56,154 nt of DNA, taken from the NCBI GenBank assembly GCA_052055015.1, contig JBQJIT010000024.1; one strand, 5' to 3'. Below, one piece after another: positions 1-11,258 of the stretch (its first letter is position 1; each line of letters starts with the position of its first letter). Below the pieces are notes generated by a model, which was given only the letters and a program-made list of their open reading frames with translations, was not told where the DNA came from and searched no databases. The position numbers and the translations under genes were made by a program. The stretch is from Malassezia furfur. Its lineage: Eukaryota.

Positions 1-359
1 CGGTCGCGGTCGCGATCATCGTAGCGCCGCGACGGCGGCGGCGGAGCCCGCCCATCATGTTCGCGCCCGCGGCGGGGGGGAGCATAGCGCGATCCGCGAT
101 CGTCGCGATCGTCGCGGTCATCGCGGTCATCGCGGTCATAGTCGCGCATCTCCGCGTCCGGATCTTCGCGCGCGTCACGACGGTCGAAATCGTCGTTCTG
201 CGCGTTGTGCCAGTCGCGCTCGCCGCGCACATCGGCGGGATCATCCGGGATGTGCACATCCTCGCTCAGCTCCTCGCGGCCGGCATGGACGGGGCTCGAA
301 ATGGGGTCGTTCACGTCAGCCTGCACGTCAGCATGGTCCAAGCGCGCGCTACCCACCAT
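1..359 (-). CDS. 5' part of an Arg/Asp-rich low-complexity protein (SR/RD-like RNA-binding protein candidate); runs off the window edge
   Basis: ATG at 359-357, probable intron 356-321 (GTGGGT...GCTGACGTGCAG), then an open frame ADVNDPISS...RDYDRDDRDDRDDRDDRGSRY...RRYDDRDRD to position 1. Divergent from eL18. Confidence 0.6.
   Translation of the reverse strand, partial: MVGSARLDHADVQADVNDPISSPVHAGREELSEDVHIPDDPADVRGERDWHNAQNDDFDRRDAREDPDAEMRDYDRDDRDDRDDRDDRGSRYAPPRRGREHDGRAPPPPSRRYDDRDRD
97..142. repeat. Imperfect 9-bp tandem repeat encoding (DDR)n on the minus strand
   Basis: Repeated atcgtcgcg/gtcatcgcg units. Confidence 0.7.
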
Positions 360-399
360 CCTTACAGCAAGGCAGGAAGCGGGGTGCCCGACGCGCCCC

Positions 400-422
400 C
401 ACGTGGCCACTACACACGTGAC
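400..422. promoter_or_regulatory. Two CACGTG E-boxes in the divergent promoter upstream of eL18
   Basis: CACGTG at 400-405 and CACGTGAC at 415-422. Confidence 0.45.
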
Positions 423-560
423 ACAATACAGTTTTGACGAAGTCGGCGTGTGCGCATGCCCCCTGTTAGGCCCTTTTCGCGTGTTGCGGGCAGACAAAAC
501 GGGGGCGGCCAGGGCGGCTCGGCCTGCTCTTCTTCAAACCGTCCCACGAGTTTCGACAAG

Positions 561-1179
561 ATGGTAGGTCGGCGCACGATGAAGCAGTGTACTAACACGA
601 CAGGGTGTTGACATGAAGAGGCACCACGTCAAGAAGGGTCAGCGTTCGGCCCCCAAGAGCGAGGACCCGTACCTGCTGCTGCTCGTGAAGCTCTACCGCT
701 TCCTGGCGCGCCGTACGGACTCGCGCTTCAACAAGACGGTCCTTCGTCGCCTGTTTATGTCGAAGGTGAACCGCCCGCCCGTCTCGGTGTCGCGCGTGGT
801 CTACCTCTCGCGCAACCAGGGTGGTGTGGCCAAGGAGGCCAGCGAGACCCCCAAGACGGTCGTGGTCGTGGGTACTATCACCGACGACAACCGTCTGCTC
901 GAGGTCCCCAAGCTCAGCATTGCTGCGCTCCGCTTCACTAACACGGCCCGCGCTCGTATCGAGGCCGCTGGTGGCGAGGCGATCACCCTCGACCAGCTCG
1001 CCATGCGCGCGCCGACCGGCAGCAACACCGTGCTCCTCCGTGGCCCCAAGAACGCCCGTGAGTCGGTGAAGCACTTCGGCTTCGGTCCGCACAAGCACAA
1101 GAAGCCGTTTGTGCGCTCCAAGGGCCGCAAGTTCGAGAAGGCCCGTGGCCGCAGAAAGTCGCGCGACTTCCGCGTCTAA
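561..1179 (+). CDS. RPL18: 60S ribosomal protein L18 (eL18)
   Basis: ATG-only exon 561-563, intron 564-603 (GTAGGT...TACTAAC...CAG), then [12 protein letters not shown]...[15 protein letters not shown]...[16 protein letters not shown], which is typical eL18. Confidence 0.98.
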
Positions 1180-1449
1180 ACGCGTGCGACGTGTACTTTC
1201 GCCATTTCGACGATCCACAGCCGGCACGAGGGCTTGGCATCGACGCCTGCTTGGTCGGCATGCAGTGTCGCGCTGTCGCTTGGGGCCTGCATGCGCTCCA
1301 GGAGCATGTAGTTCTCACGTAAAAAGGGCGTTTTTCCTCTGATCCGTGTAGCCAAAAGGGCTTTCGGTATAAGCAGTGTGCATTGCAGGGGCAGCTGTAT
1401 GTGTGTGTGGTTGTGGCTAGATATTAGTTGCATCGTGCTATCCACTCTA

Positions 1450-2366
1450 CTAAGGCTCTGCCTTGAGACGTAACTTGTCCGATTCCGACTTGTCGTCGGC
1501 ACCGGCGCCAGCACCCGAGGAAAACGCGGTGTTACTGCCAAGCAGCCCGCTTCCGCTCGTGTTCCCCGTGTCGTTGCCGCCGTCAAAGTCGAAGTCGAAG
1601 ATGTCAGACACCCCAAACATGCTCGCAAAATCGTCAGCACCTGCCCCGCCGCTTACCCCGGCGCCCATCCCGAGCGCACTGGGGTTACCGAGGTCGCTGG
1701 AGAGCGTGGCATCAAGATGGGTATTCATGTCGTCCATCGAAGAAGGCATACTCAGTGCATTGCTACCAGACATCGTCTGAAGCGGCTGCTGCTGCCCAAG
1801 CATGCTCTGCGAAAGTGTCTTGTTTCCAAGAGAAGGGTGGTTCATGTTGGCGCTGGTAGAGGGGACACCACTGTCGCTCTTGGAACTCGCCGCGTCCCAG
1901 TCTCCCTGCTCCGCCGACCGATCCTGATTGTTGTCTGTGCCGTTGTCGCCGCCCATGTTTGGCGTACGGTGCGATGGCACAGGCGTCTTGTTGCCGCGCG
2001 TGGGCTTTTTAGGTTTTTGCTTGGCCGACGCCGGCGTCGACGGTGAGCCGAGATTGTGCTGCGCACCACTTTGCCAAGACGTCATGAGTTGTTCCGGCGG
2101 GTTGTAAGCACGCCCACCGTTGTCGGCTTGACCTTGTGATGTCGTGCGCTGCTGGAGCGGCGGTATGCGCCCTTTGTTAGGGCCACCTCCTGGAACATTG
2201 GCGTGCATCGACACGGGGGTGGATGGCGCCGTAGCACTGCCACGCATTGTGTGTGCCGGCGCATTAGAAGCGTCCCCGGCCTTAGAGGGGTCATTGACAC
2301 CCATCATCGACATCGCTCGAACACCTTTCCCAGGCATGCTGGGCGGTTGCTGCTGCATGCCCATCC

Positions 2367-2414
<48 letters not shown>

Positions 2415-2703
2415 ATGCCAGCGCCCCCGCGGGATTATTGAGCATCTGTTGGAAATAGGGGGCCATCGTCGCGCCGTTGACATTGGTGCCAGAGAAATCC
2501 AGCTCGTTAAATGTTCCACCATGGCGCATGTTGGGCGGCACTTGTGAACCGTTCTGGGTATTAGACAGGAAAGCTGCTTTTTGTTGCATTGTCTGGTTCA
2601 TCAGCGCGGCCATCGCGTTGGGGTTCTGGGCCAAATTAGGAGCCCCGGGCTGGCTCGGCTGGCCAGGTTGGGTCTGGCCCACCTGGCCTTGGCTTTGCTG
2701 AAC

Positions 2704-2752
<49 letters not shown>

Positions 2753-3323
2753 TGCTGTTGCTGCTGTTGCTGTTGTTGCTGCAGTTGCAATTGCAGCTGG
2801 AACATAGGGTTCATGCCTTGGCTCTGTGCCGCGCCAGCAAACACGGCCGATGTCTGCTGCGGATCACTCTGCAGCAGCGCCACAATCGACTGTGCCTTGA
2901 CCTGCAGCTGCTGTGCATTGACCAGGAACTGCTGCGAGGCGGCCGGGGTTGGGGCACTTTGGGCTTTCATCCACTCCGTCTTCACTGCCGTCTGCAGCGT
3001 CTGGTATTGCATGACCAGCATTTGGCGCAGTTGCGGTGTAAGTTGTGCCGCCGCTTGCGCCGCCACCGACGGCTGCTGTGCCTGTGGCGCTGCACCCGCC
3101 GGATCGGTGCGGCTATAAGAGCTCACAGACCGGCCGGCCAAGTCGTGCGAAGCTTCCTGTGCATGCTGAGGATCGTCATGCAGCCCCGACTGGGGCCCTT
3201 TGCCGTTCGCGCCCATCTGCACGGATGCCGCCATGCGCTGTTGGGGTTGCCGATTGAACAGCGCCTGGATGGCAGCCGGCGATGACGGCTGAGGTTTCCC
3301 AGCCTGGGCACCCTGGCCCTGCA

Positions 3324-3382
<59 letters not shown>

Positions 3383-5121
3383 AAGAAGAGGCGTGCTTGG
3401 AGCTGGGCATCGACTGGGCGATTCGCCTGTTGTTGTGCCTGCAGTGCTGCCGCATTGGGCATCATACTGCTGAACAGTGCAAAGCGAGCCGCAGGCGTCA
3501 TCGTCTTGAGTTCTTCCAGTGGAATCCCTTGACGCAGCGCAGCCGTTATCATCAGATTCTGCTGCTGCTGCGGTGTCAATGCACCGAGGTTCCAATTTTG
3601 CCCAAACTGTGCACGCGCCAGCGCTTGCTGCAGCTGCAGCTGTTGCTGTTGTGCCGCGGCCGTTTGCGCGTTGGCCATCGGGATTTGACCCGCCTGCATC
3701 CCCTGAGGCACACCCGGCTGCTGTGGCAGATGCTGCTGTTGCTGCACCGGGGTTGATTTCATCGACATCGACATCTGTGACCCCGGCATGGCATGCTGTA
3801 CAGCAGGCGTCCGCTGTTGCTGCGCATGTGGTTCTTGACCGAGTTGCGCCGGCGTATGTGACTGCGGCGTAGGCGGCTGTTGCGGCGAGGGCTGTGGCTG
3901 TTTCGCCTGCGGCTGCTGCATGGGTTGCCCAGGCTGCGGTTGTACTTGCTGCTGCTGCGATTGTTGCGCTTGCGACGGCTGCTGGTGGGGTTTTGGCGGG
4001 TGCTGAGCTTCCGGCACAGGGGTTCCTGGATTTCGCCCCGCCGACGGACCTGGCGTCTGCCGTTGCGGTCCGGCGCCAGCTGAGGGAGGAGCAGACGACC
4101 CAGCTGTACCGGGCACCGGATTCGGAAGCATGGCGCCCTGGGCCATGGCAGACATTGTCGCGGGGTCCTGATCTGCAAGCAGCAGCGTCTGGGCTGCGTT
4201 CGCCGTTTGCAGTGCATTCCCGGAAGCGATGTTGAGCGCGAGGTCCGCTTGCATCGGCGCGGCGACCGCCGCTTGCGCCGGATTCAAGGCTGGCGTGGCG
4301 GTCTCATTAAACAAGCTGGGGCCTAGCAGTGAGCTCCGGTTCTTGGCTTCTTGGACGCGCTGTGTTCTCCGGTGTTCGAGGAACTCGTTGTAGGCGGCTG
4401 CTTCTTTGCTCGCTCGCCCCGCTCTTGCGGAAAAAAAGTCCCAAAACACGTTCCAGTATTCAAACAAGAGCCCCATGGACGTCTGTAAAGGCACTTCTGG
4501 CTCTGCGGGCAGATGGGCTTCCTCCCTCAGCGCTTCTGCAGCTCGTGTAAACTTGCGCCGCTGCAGATAATCCCAGATGTACGAGTTGAGTGTGCCAGCA
4601 TCTTCGCCCCACAGAGTGCGCTCGTGCGTCGCGGCAGATGTCGATCGCTCGAAATGCGGCGTGCTTGGGTTTGACGACGCGCCCTGCTCGGGCTCTGTGG
4701 AGCGTCGCTTGTCTCCTGACGGCGTATCGCTCGTCGCAGCCACATCGCTGCCTCGCATGCGTTTCTCGCGCACGTCTTGATCCGAGTTGGGCGATCCAGG
4801 GCGCTTTCGTGAATCGGAAGAGCTAGCCATTGAGACTTCCGCAGTGTCGGCGGCCTCTTTGGACGTTGCTGCGGTCTCGGCATCAGGTTGGGGCGCGTCC
4901 GGCGCGGGAGATACCCGTGGAGGCCCCTGGTCCGAAGGGCCCGCATCTGACCCATTCTGTGTCGTATACGCAGCGTCTCCAGTGTCTTCGTTTTCCGCAC
5001 CGCGAGGACTGTCGCCCGCGCGGTCCGCGATCTCCGCGTCTCCACTGGGGGCATCGGGGGGCGCCGCATGCTCGGCGCGCTCCTCGACGCATTTTTGTTC
5101 TTCGGTATCAGTGCCAGCCAT
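1450..5121 (-). CDS. LisH/LUFS-domain, Gln-rich transcriptional regulator (Flo8/Mss11/Som1-like)
   Basis: 1223-aa ORF with LNSYIWDYLQRRKFTRAAEALREEA...P...GLLFEYWNVFWDFFSAR (LUFS signature, about 4420-4595), long poly-Q tracts and an acidic/Phe-rich C-terminus (DIFDFDFD). Confidence 0.85.
2371..2412 (-). repeat. (CAG)14 poly-Gln microsatellite
   Basis: Uninterrupted ctg repeat on the + strand. Confidence 0.95.
2707..2781 (-). repeat. CAG/CAA poly-Gln tract (about 25 Q)
   Basis: Mixed ctg/ttg repeat on the + strand. Confidence 0.9.
3325..3381 (-). repeat. Poly-Gln tract (19 Q, of which 18 pure CAG)
   Basis: ctg repeat 3328-3381. Confidence 0.95.
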
Positions 5122-5717
5122 TATAGGAAACTAGGCAACAGTAGGATGGAAAATGACAGATACACTGCGTCGATCGAGTTGGCCTGCTGCGCGCAGGTAC
5201 GGAACCCCGCGTTCGCGTTTTGGTCTCCAAGCAGAACTTGGGGTCACTCGAAATTGCGGTTCTGATCAGATCAATCCAGCCGAATGGCAGCCGGCTTCCT
5301 CCCAATGTGCAAGGGCGTTACGAGACAAAACAACGCTTCACCAACACACTGCAATCGAGCAAATGTGGAAGATGACAGGAATTCCCGTTCCCATCAACGA
5401 GCAGCGCGTTCTATTCACGCAGCTGTGTTTCTAGGAATTAATTTTGATTGGCCTGAGATCCTTAACTATTCGCTCAAGACTATGGTGTGCGCGCCACAAA
5501 CGACACAGAGAAAACGCTCCGCAACGCGCCACAGCGATCAACACCGTAGGTGTCTGTAAAGGTAGTTATCGACGTACATCATCTAGACGCCACACCACCG
5601 GGCCTCGCTGCCCCCACGCGAACGCTGGGGAGCTCCGTGCGGAGGCGTCCCCACGTGGGCATCACGTGGGTCCCATTCGTCGTGGTGCGCCAAAGTGACG
5701 TCTGGCGTCGCGTAACC

Positions 5718-7258
5718 ATGGCCAGCGTCGTTGCAATCTTGGATGTCAAGGGCAAGCCCTTGATCCAACGCTCGTATCGAGACGACGTCGACTCCTCGGC
5801 GATCGAACGGTTTCTGCCTCTTGTGCTCGAAATTGAGGAAGAACATGGCGCTGGGGCCGTCCAGCCGTGCATGACGTCTCAGGGCGTGAATTATATGCAT
5901 GTGCGACACAACAATCTGTACCGTGCGTATGCTTCGCACTTACCCAGTGCTCGCACTTTCGCGACGCAACTCGAATGCTGCCGAGATCCTGCTCTTCCTG
6001 CACAAACTCGCCTCCGTGCTTGAGGAGTACTTCAAGCAGCTTGAGGAAGAATCCATTCGTGACAATTTCGTCATCCTGTACGAGCTGCTGGATGAGATGA
6101 TGGATTTTGGATACCCGCAAACAACGGAGAGCAAGATTTTGCAAGAGTATGTGTGCACAGCTCACCCAGGTATATTACCCAGGAATCACACAAGCTCGAA
6201 CTCCAGGTGCGGCCGCCGATGGCTGTTACCAATGCCGTCTCGTGGCGGTCGGAGGGTATTCGTTATCGCAAGAATGAAGTGTTCCTAGACGTGGTGGAGA
6301 GCGTCAATCTCCTGGTGAACGCCAACGGCCACGTCGTGCGGAGTGAGATTGTGGGCGCGGTTAAAATGAAATGCTATCTCTCCGGCATGCCCGAGCTCCG
6401 TCTTGGTCTCAACGACAAGGTCATGTTTGAAAGCATGGGTCGGAGTACGTAAGATGCTATTGACAAAGCCTCGCGTGGAAAGGCTATTGAGATGGAAGAC
6501 GTCAAATTCCACCAGTGTGTGCGCCTTTCTCGTTTCGAGAACGACCGTACAATTTCCTTCATTCCGCCTGATGGCGAGTTTGAGCTGATGAGCTATCGCC
6601 TGAACACCCAAATCAAGCCTCTGATTTGGGCAGAAGCTGTTGTGGAGCGGCATGAAGGCAGCCGCATCGAGTTCATGGCCAAGGTGAAGGCCCAATTCAA
6701 GCGTCGATCCACGGCGAACAATGTGGAAATTTTCATTTCTGTCCCCGAGGATGCCGACTCGCCAAAGTTCCGCGTACGTTTTATGCAAACTGACCCAGGC
6801 TGCAATTGGATCGGTGACCTATGCGCCCGAGCTGTCTGCGATGGTGTGGAAGATCAAACAATTGGGCGGCGGCAAGGAATACCTCATGCGTGCGCATTTT
6901 GGTTTGCCCAGTGTTCGCAACGGTATGTACTTGGGTTCGACTAATATATCAGAGGAGACGCTGGCGCGTCGCACGCCGATCAATGTCAAGTTCGAAATAC
7001 CCTACTTTACCGTGTCTGGCATCCAGGTGCGCTACCTGAAAATTGTGGAGAAGTCTGGCTACCAGGCGCTTCGTACGTACTGCGTGTGCCCGAGGCATGG
7101 TCATGGCTAACACAGCAATTTTACAGCATGGGTTCGCTACATTACTCAGGTACGTTTTGGCTCCTGTCCTCAAAATACTAACGCTGCAGAACGGCGAATA
7201 CGATCTGCGGACACAGACGGAGAAGTCCCAGGCCCGTCTCGCTCATTTTTCCTCGTAG
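5718..7258 (+). CDS. APM1: AP-1 clathrin adaptor complex medium subunit mu1
   Basis: MASVVAILDVKGKPLIQRSYRDD...IRDNFVILYELLDEMMDFGYPQTTE...YRKNEVFLDVVE...SGIQVRYLKIVEKSGYQALPWVRYITQNGEY. Seven inferred introns: 5923-5947, 6147-6169, 6445-6468, 6774-6798, 6923-6952, 7073-7126 and 7150-7189. Confidence 0.96.
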
Positions 7259-7436
7259 TCTGTGCATCTATAGTGCAGGACTTTGCAGCAGAACCCTTTC
7301 CTACACATACATACATTATCGGTCGTCGTCCGAGCGGAGCCAATTTTTGGAGTACGGTCTGCCCTGCTATCTTAGGCATGCGTCCATCGAGCGCTGCGCT
7401 GCTAGCGTCCGCAATCACACGCCGGAGCCACCCAAA

Positions 7437-7446
7437 ATGACGTCAT
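7437..7446. promoter_or_regulatory. Perfect CRE/ATF-type palindrome ATGACGTCAT in the long spacer upstream of the RhoGEF gene
   Basis: The 10-bp palindrome is seen directly. Its function is untested. Confidence 0.3.
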
Positions 7447-8181
7447 AGGAACGGAGCGACGGGATGCTCCGTGCGTCTCGAGCTAGCAAGATCCGTGCGC
7501 CCAGGTTTTGTGCAGGTCCGGTGCCAGGCGTCCAACGAGCGTCAGGGCACGGCCCTAATTCAAGCGTCGCGAATCGATTTGAATGCATTCCTGCATCCAT
7601 AAACACACAAAAGGACGTGCTGGGACGAGGAAGTATGCTGACCCTGAGACATTCAGATGCGGCGTGCCCGCTTGGGCTTATATTCTAGCATCTGATTGGG
7701 CACATTCCTAAACGCACGCTTCAATCCACCACGGTGAGTGGCGGACCTGCAGCTCATAGATTGCGGAGTTATGTGCTAAATTTGAAGCTTGGCGCATCGT
7801 GCTGAGGAAATAATTCGATGGTCCAATCAGGGTGAGCACATCCGGCGCGCTAACGGCTGCCATATGCGATTCAGCCCTGAGAGGCTCGTTGCTTGCTTTT
7901 CTAGCTCAGTCGCCGGTGTCGCGCTCCTTGTCTCGGTCCTGTTGGCGAGGGTGGTTACTGTTCCACCTTGAGAGAAGGGAGGACCACGAACGTTAGTGTG
8001 TCCAGCTGAAGGGGCCTGGAGTTCGACGCTGGAAGTTGCGTGAATTACCTGCACCTTCCCGTGCCAACGTACGCTGTCATCGCGAGGCGATTGGAGCGAC
8101 CTACCTTATCTGTCTGACTACGAAAGCGTTGTACTATACCTAGCTATTCACCGGCATACGCACGGAAATTTACGCCAATCC

Positions 8182-11178
8182 ATGATGTTTTCTGGGGACG
8201 CTGCCACGGTGGAGAACTCCATCGGGAGATTGCTCTCGGACGACCTGGGTACGGGTGACAAGGACTCCTTGCTGTCAGCCACCGAGACGTTCGACCAGCT
8301 TTCGCTCTCGCACACGAGCTCGGACGATGGCCGGTCACCGTCGCCGCCATCCGCAGGGGACGAGAAGGTGGACACGTTCCACCTCGCGCAATCCGCGCAG
8401 AATCCGGAATCGATCAACTTCTTGCAGGAGCGCCTGACCGAGAAGCCGTTTACGTCGCAGCCTCTTCCTGCGCTCAACAACAAGTGGTATTCATCGATCC
8501 TTGCGACACCACGCGGAGTGCATCCCGTGAATTTGGATCAGGACCGGGAGGGGTCTGAGCCGAACTCTGCGCCGCGACTGGATGCGGATCTGCTGACGCT
8601 GCGGGACGCGTCTTCTCCCGAGATTGACACCGATATCAGCCGCACCTCGTCGACGTCTACGCGGGGCTCGAGCCAGGGCAGTACGGAGGCGACCGGGCAG
8701 TGGTCTGTGAAAGGCAGCGTACAGAGCAGCATGCCGGAGGAGGGACTTGCGCCGAGCATTGTGCTCCAGAGTGAGCAGCCAAAGAAAGTGGCAGCGACGA
8801 GCAGCGAGGATGACGACAAGGCGGCGCGCCTGAGTGTGCGGCGCCTGCACTCGATCCTCGAGTTGCTCGAGACTGAACGCAACTACACGGAAGACCTCGA
8901 CTTGCTGGTCCATGTCTTTTTCGCGCAGCTGCCTTCGCTGCCCTACTTTAGCGAAAATGGGCAGCGTCTGCAAACCGTTGTACGCAACGCGGATGAGCTC
9001 CTTGCGCTGCACCGGGAGCTCACCGCGCAGCTGCGCACAATTGTGGAGCGTGCGACGGCTGAGGACGCGCCAAGCGACTCGGCAGACCGTGCGGTGGTGG
9101 CCTGTGCCGAGACCATTGCATCGCTTGCGCCGCGGTTTGCCGTGTACAACGAGTTCTGTGCGCGCCACAAGGAGGCGCTCGCCCATATCGACACGCTCGA
9201 GAGCCGCACGAACGAGTGGGAGCAGTTCCGGCAGCGCAGCGCCGAGGCGGCCGAACGGTATGTGCCGCGCGCCGATGCCCAGGGTGCGCCCACGAGCGAG
9301 GTGGGCCGCTCGCCGCGTGTCGTGACGCAGCGGCGCCTGATGTTCCGTGACTTTTTCATCAAGCCGATCCAGCGTGTGTGTTTGTACCCCATCCTGCTGC
9401 AGACGATCCAGAAGAACTCGCCCTACGTCGGCCAGGAGGAGCTTGTGCACGCCATCGAGCTCATGCGCCAGGTAACGCTTGCTGTGGACCGCGCGAGCAA
9501 GCAACGCGAGTCGGCGTTGTTGACCGAGATGATTGGGTCGCGTCTGGAATACACAACGGCCCTCTCCCCGTCACTGTTCAACTCGCTCGGCGAGTGCCGC
9601 ATGGCGGGCAATCTGGACGTGCTACACCACCACAGCACGCTCGCCCCGCTGTCGATGCCGCTCCCGATCAAGTACTACGGGTGCTTTTTGTTCGCCAACT
9701 TTGTCCTGATCGTCAAGGTACGGCGCAACCACATGTTCACCGCGCGGTACTGGTTCCCGCTGGCCGAGGCGCATCTCGAGCGCAACATGGCTCACGAGCA
9801 CTTCCTGCCGAACGCCTTCCGGCTGTCGGTGCGTGGCCACTACTTTGAGTTTATCGCATCCACCGCGAAGGAGTGCCAGCTGTGGCTCAGCGCGCTCGAG
9901 GAGGCCTTTGCGCAGGGCCCGTCCATGACGCGCTTTCTGAACGGCGCCGAGATCCCGTACCCGTGCAACCTGAGCGTCGAGAAGTCGGTGGCGGGCGCTC
10001 CCAACGGCGATCCGCTCATCGACTTTTTCACGCACCGTACGTCGGCCACCGACGCCGCGTCGGGCCGCGGGCGCGGCGTGGCCGAGTCCCCCACCGGCGA
10101 GATTCTGCTGCGGCACAAGTCGCCGCCGCGGCGCGCCGCGATCGACCGCGGCATGCTCTTCAGCGACGCGTGCATTTCGGCGCGGGCGTCGTTTGACCAC
10201 GAAGGCGCATTTGCTCCCGCCCCCTCCTCCACGCTCGGCTCAACGATGGGCGCGATCGTGAACCTGAGCCGCCTGTCGGGCAGCGAAACGGTCTCGCTCA
10301 AGCTGCCGTCGCGTGCCTCGACTGCCTTGGGCAACACCACCACCAATCCCCCCCACAACTCTACCCAGTCGCGCTCCTCGGACGTGACGCCCATCGACTC
10401 GCCGACCGGTACGGCGCCGTCCTCGCCGATTCAGCGCGCCTTCTTCACACTGGACGACGGCAGCGAGGCCTCTGGCCGTGGTTTCCGCCGCCGTATGCGC
10501 GACAGCTTCTCGCGGCGGAGCAGCGTGCAGCTCGATGCGAACGAGATTGCCGCTGCACGCGAGCTGGCATCCGGCATGCACTCGCTGAGCCGCAGCAGCT
10601 CGCAGCTGACGCTCGACATGCGCAGCGTCGCATCGGTGACTGAACTGGGGCAGACGGTGCCAGGTGGTGTGCCGCTTTCCATCGACACACTCGCAGCGCA
10701 GTCGCCCACCCATACCCCACGTGCAAGCCAGTCGCTGGCACGCACCGTGCGCAACCCGAAAGGCTGGTTCTCGCCGACGACCCCGCGCGCTTCGTATACC
10801 AATGACGACGGCGACCCCTGGCCCTACGATGACACCGTCCCTGCCGGTACGCTCAAGCGCAGCAGCTCGCTGAACTGGAGTGCGTTGCGTTCCCGGAGCT
10901 GGTCGACCACGTCGCTCAAGGGCCTCGTGTCGCGGCGCAGCTCCATGGACCTGGACCGGGACATGCCCAGCGCCGAAACGCGCGGGTCGAGCAGCGAGTA
11001 CTCGGACCAGTCGCGGCCCGGATCGGCGCTCTCGGTACACGCCGACGCCTTGGCGTCGCCTACGTCGCGCACACTCGGCCCGAAGCGCAAGTTTGCGATG
11101 CGCTTTTTGCAGCGCAACCGTCTCTCCCCTATGGCGCCGACAGACACACAGGGCGGCGGCGCCCCGGCGAATACGTGA
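8182..11178 (+). CDS. Rho guanine-nucleotide exchange factor (DH-PH)
   Basis: DH motifs ILELLETERNYTEDL, FAVYNEFCARH and FFIKPIQRVCLYPILLQ, followed by a PH-like region ending ECQLWLSALEEA. Flanks are Ser-rich and disordered. Confidence 0.9.
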   Translation: MMFSGDAATVENSIGRLLSDDLGTGDKDSLLSATETFDQLSLSHTSSDDGRSPSPPSAGDEKVDTFHLAQSAQNPESINFLQERLTEKPFTSQPLPALNNKWYSSILATPRGVHPVNLDQDREGSEPNSAPRLDADLLTLRDASSPEIDTDISRTSSTSTRGSSQGSTEATGQWSVKGSVQSSMPEEGLAPSIVLQSEQPKKVAATSSEDDDKAARLSVRRLHSILELLETERNYTEDLDLLVHVFFAQLPSLPYFSENGQRLQTVVRNADELLALHRELTAQLRTIVERATAEDAPSDSADRAVVACAETIASLAPRFAVYNEFCARHKEALAHIDTLESRTNEWEQFRQRSAEAAERYVPRADAQGAPTSEVGRSPRVVTQRRLMFRDFFIKPIQRVCLYPILLQTIQKNSPYVGQEELVHAIELMRQVTLAVDRASKQRESALLTEMIGSRLEYTTALSPSLFNSLGECRMAGNLDVLHHHSTLAPLSMPLPIKYYGCFLFANFVLIVKVRRNHMFTARYWFPLAEAHLERNMAHEHFLPNAFRLSVRGHYFEFIASTAKECQLWLSALEEAFAQGPSMTRFLNGAEIPYPCNLSVEKSVAGAPNGDPLIDFFTHRTSATDAASGRGRGVAESPTGEILLRHKSPPRRAAIDRGMLFSDACISARASFDHEGAFAPAPSSTLGSTMGAIVNLSRLSGSETVSLKLPSRASTALGNTTTNPPHNSTQSRSSDVTPIDSPTGTAPSSPIQRAFFTLDDGSEASGRGFRRRMRDSFSRRSSVQLDANEIAAARELASGMHSLSRSSSQLTLDMRSVASVTELGQTVPGGVPLSIDTLAAQSPTHTPRASQSLARTVRNPKGWFSPTTPRASYTNDDGDPWPYDDTVPAGTLKRSSSLNWSALRSRSWSTTSLKGLVSRRSSMDLDRDMPSAETRGSSSEYSDQSRPGSALSVHADALASPTSRTLGPKRKFAMRFLQRNRLSPMAPTDTQGGGAPANT

Positions 11179-11258
11179 TGTCGGATGCCTTGTTTTGACT
11201 TGTACGATAAGTTCGTGTGAACTCCTCCGCTCGCATTTGCTTTTGTAATTAGCCAAGA

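Noticed and set aside
57..437. 126-aa hydrophobic + strand ORF (VAIVAVIAVIAV)
   Set aside because: It is the antisense reading of the RD-repeat gene on the minus strand.
2581..3756. Poly-Leu/poly-Ala/poly-Cys ORFs
   Set aside because: These are alternative-frame readings of the CAG poly-Gln tracts of the LisH gene.
5718..7258. Apparent frameshifts in APM1, MsrA, UBE2J, UBA4, CPY and ALKBH6 suggesting pseudogenes or programmed frameshifting
   Set aside because: Each break is explained by a GT...AG intron whose removal restores the conserved protein.
7902..8029. Pol III A-box-like TAGCTCAGTCG and B-box-like GTTCGACGC
   Set aside because: I found no cloverleaf stems and no downstream oligo-T terminator, so it cannot be supported as a tRNA or other Pol III gene without a tRNAscan/Infernal hit.
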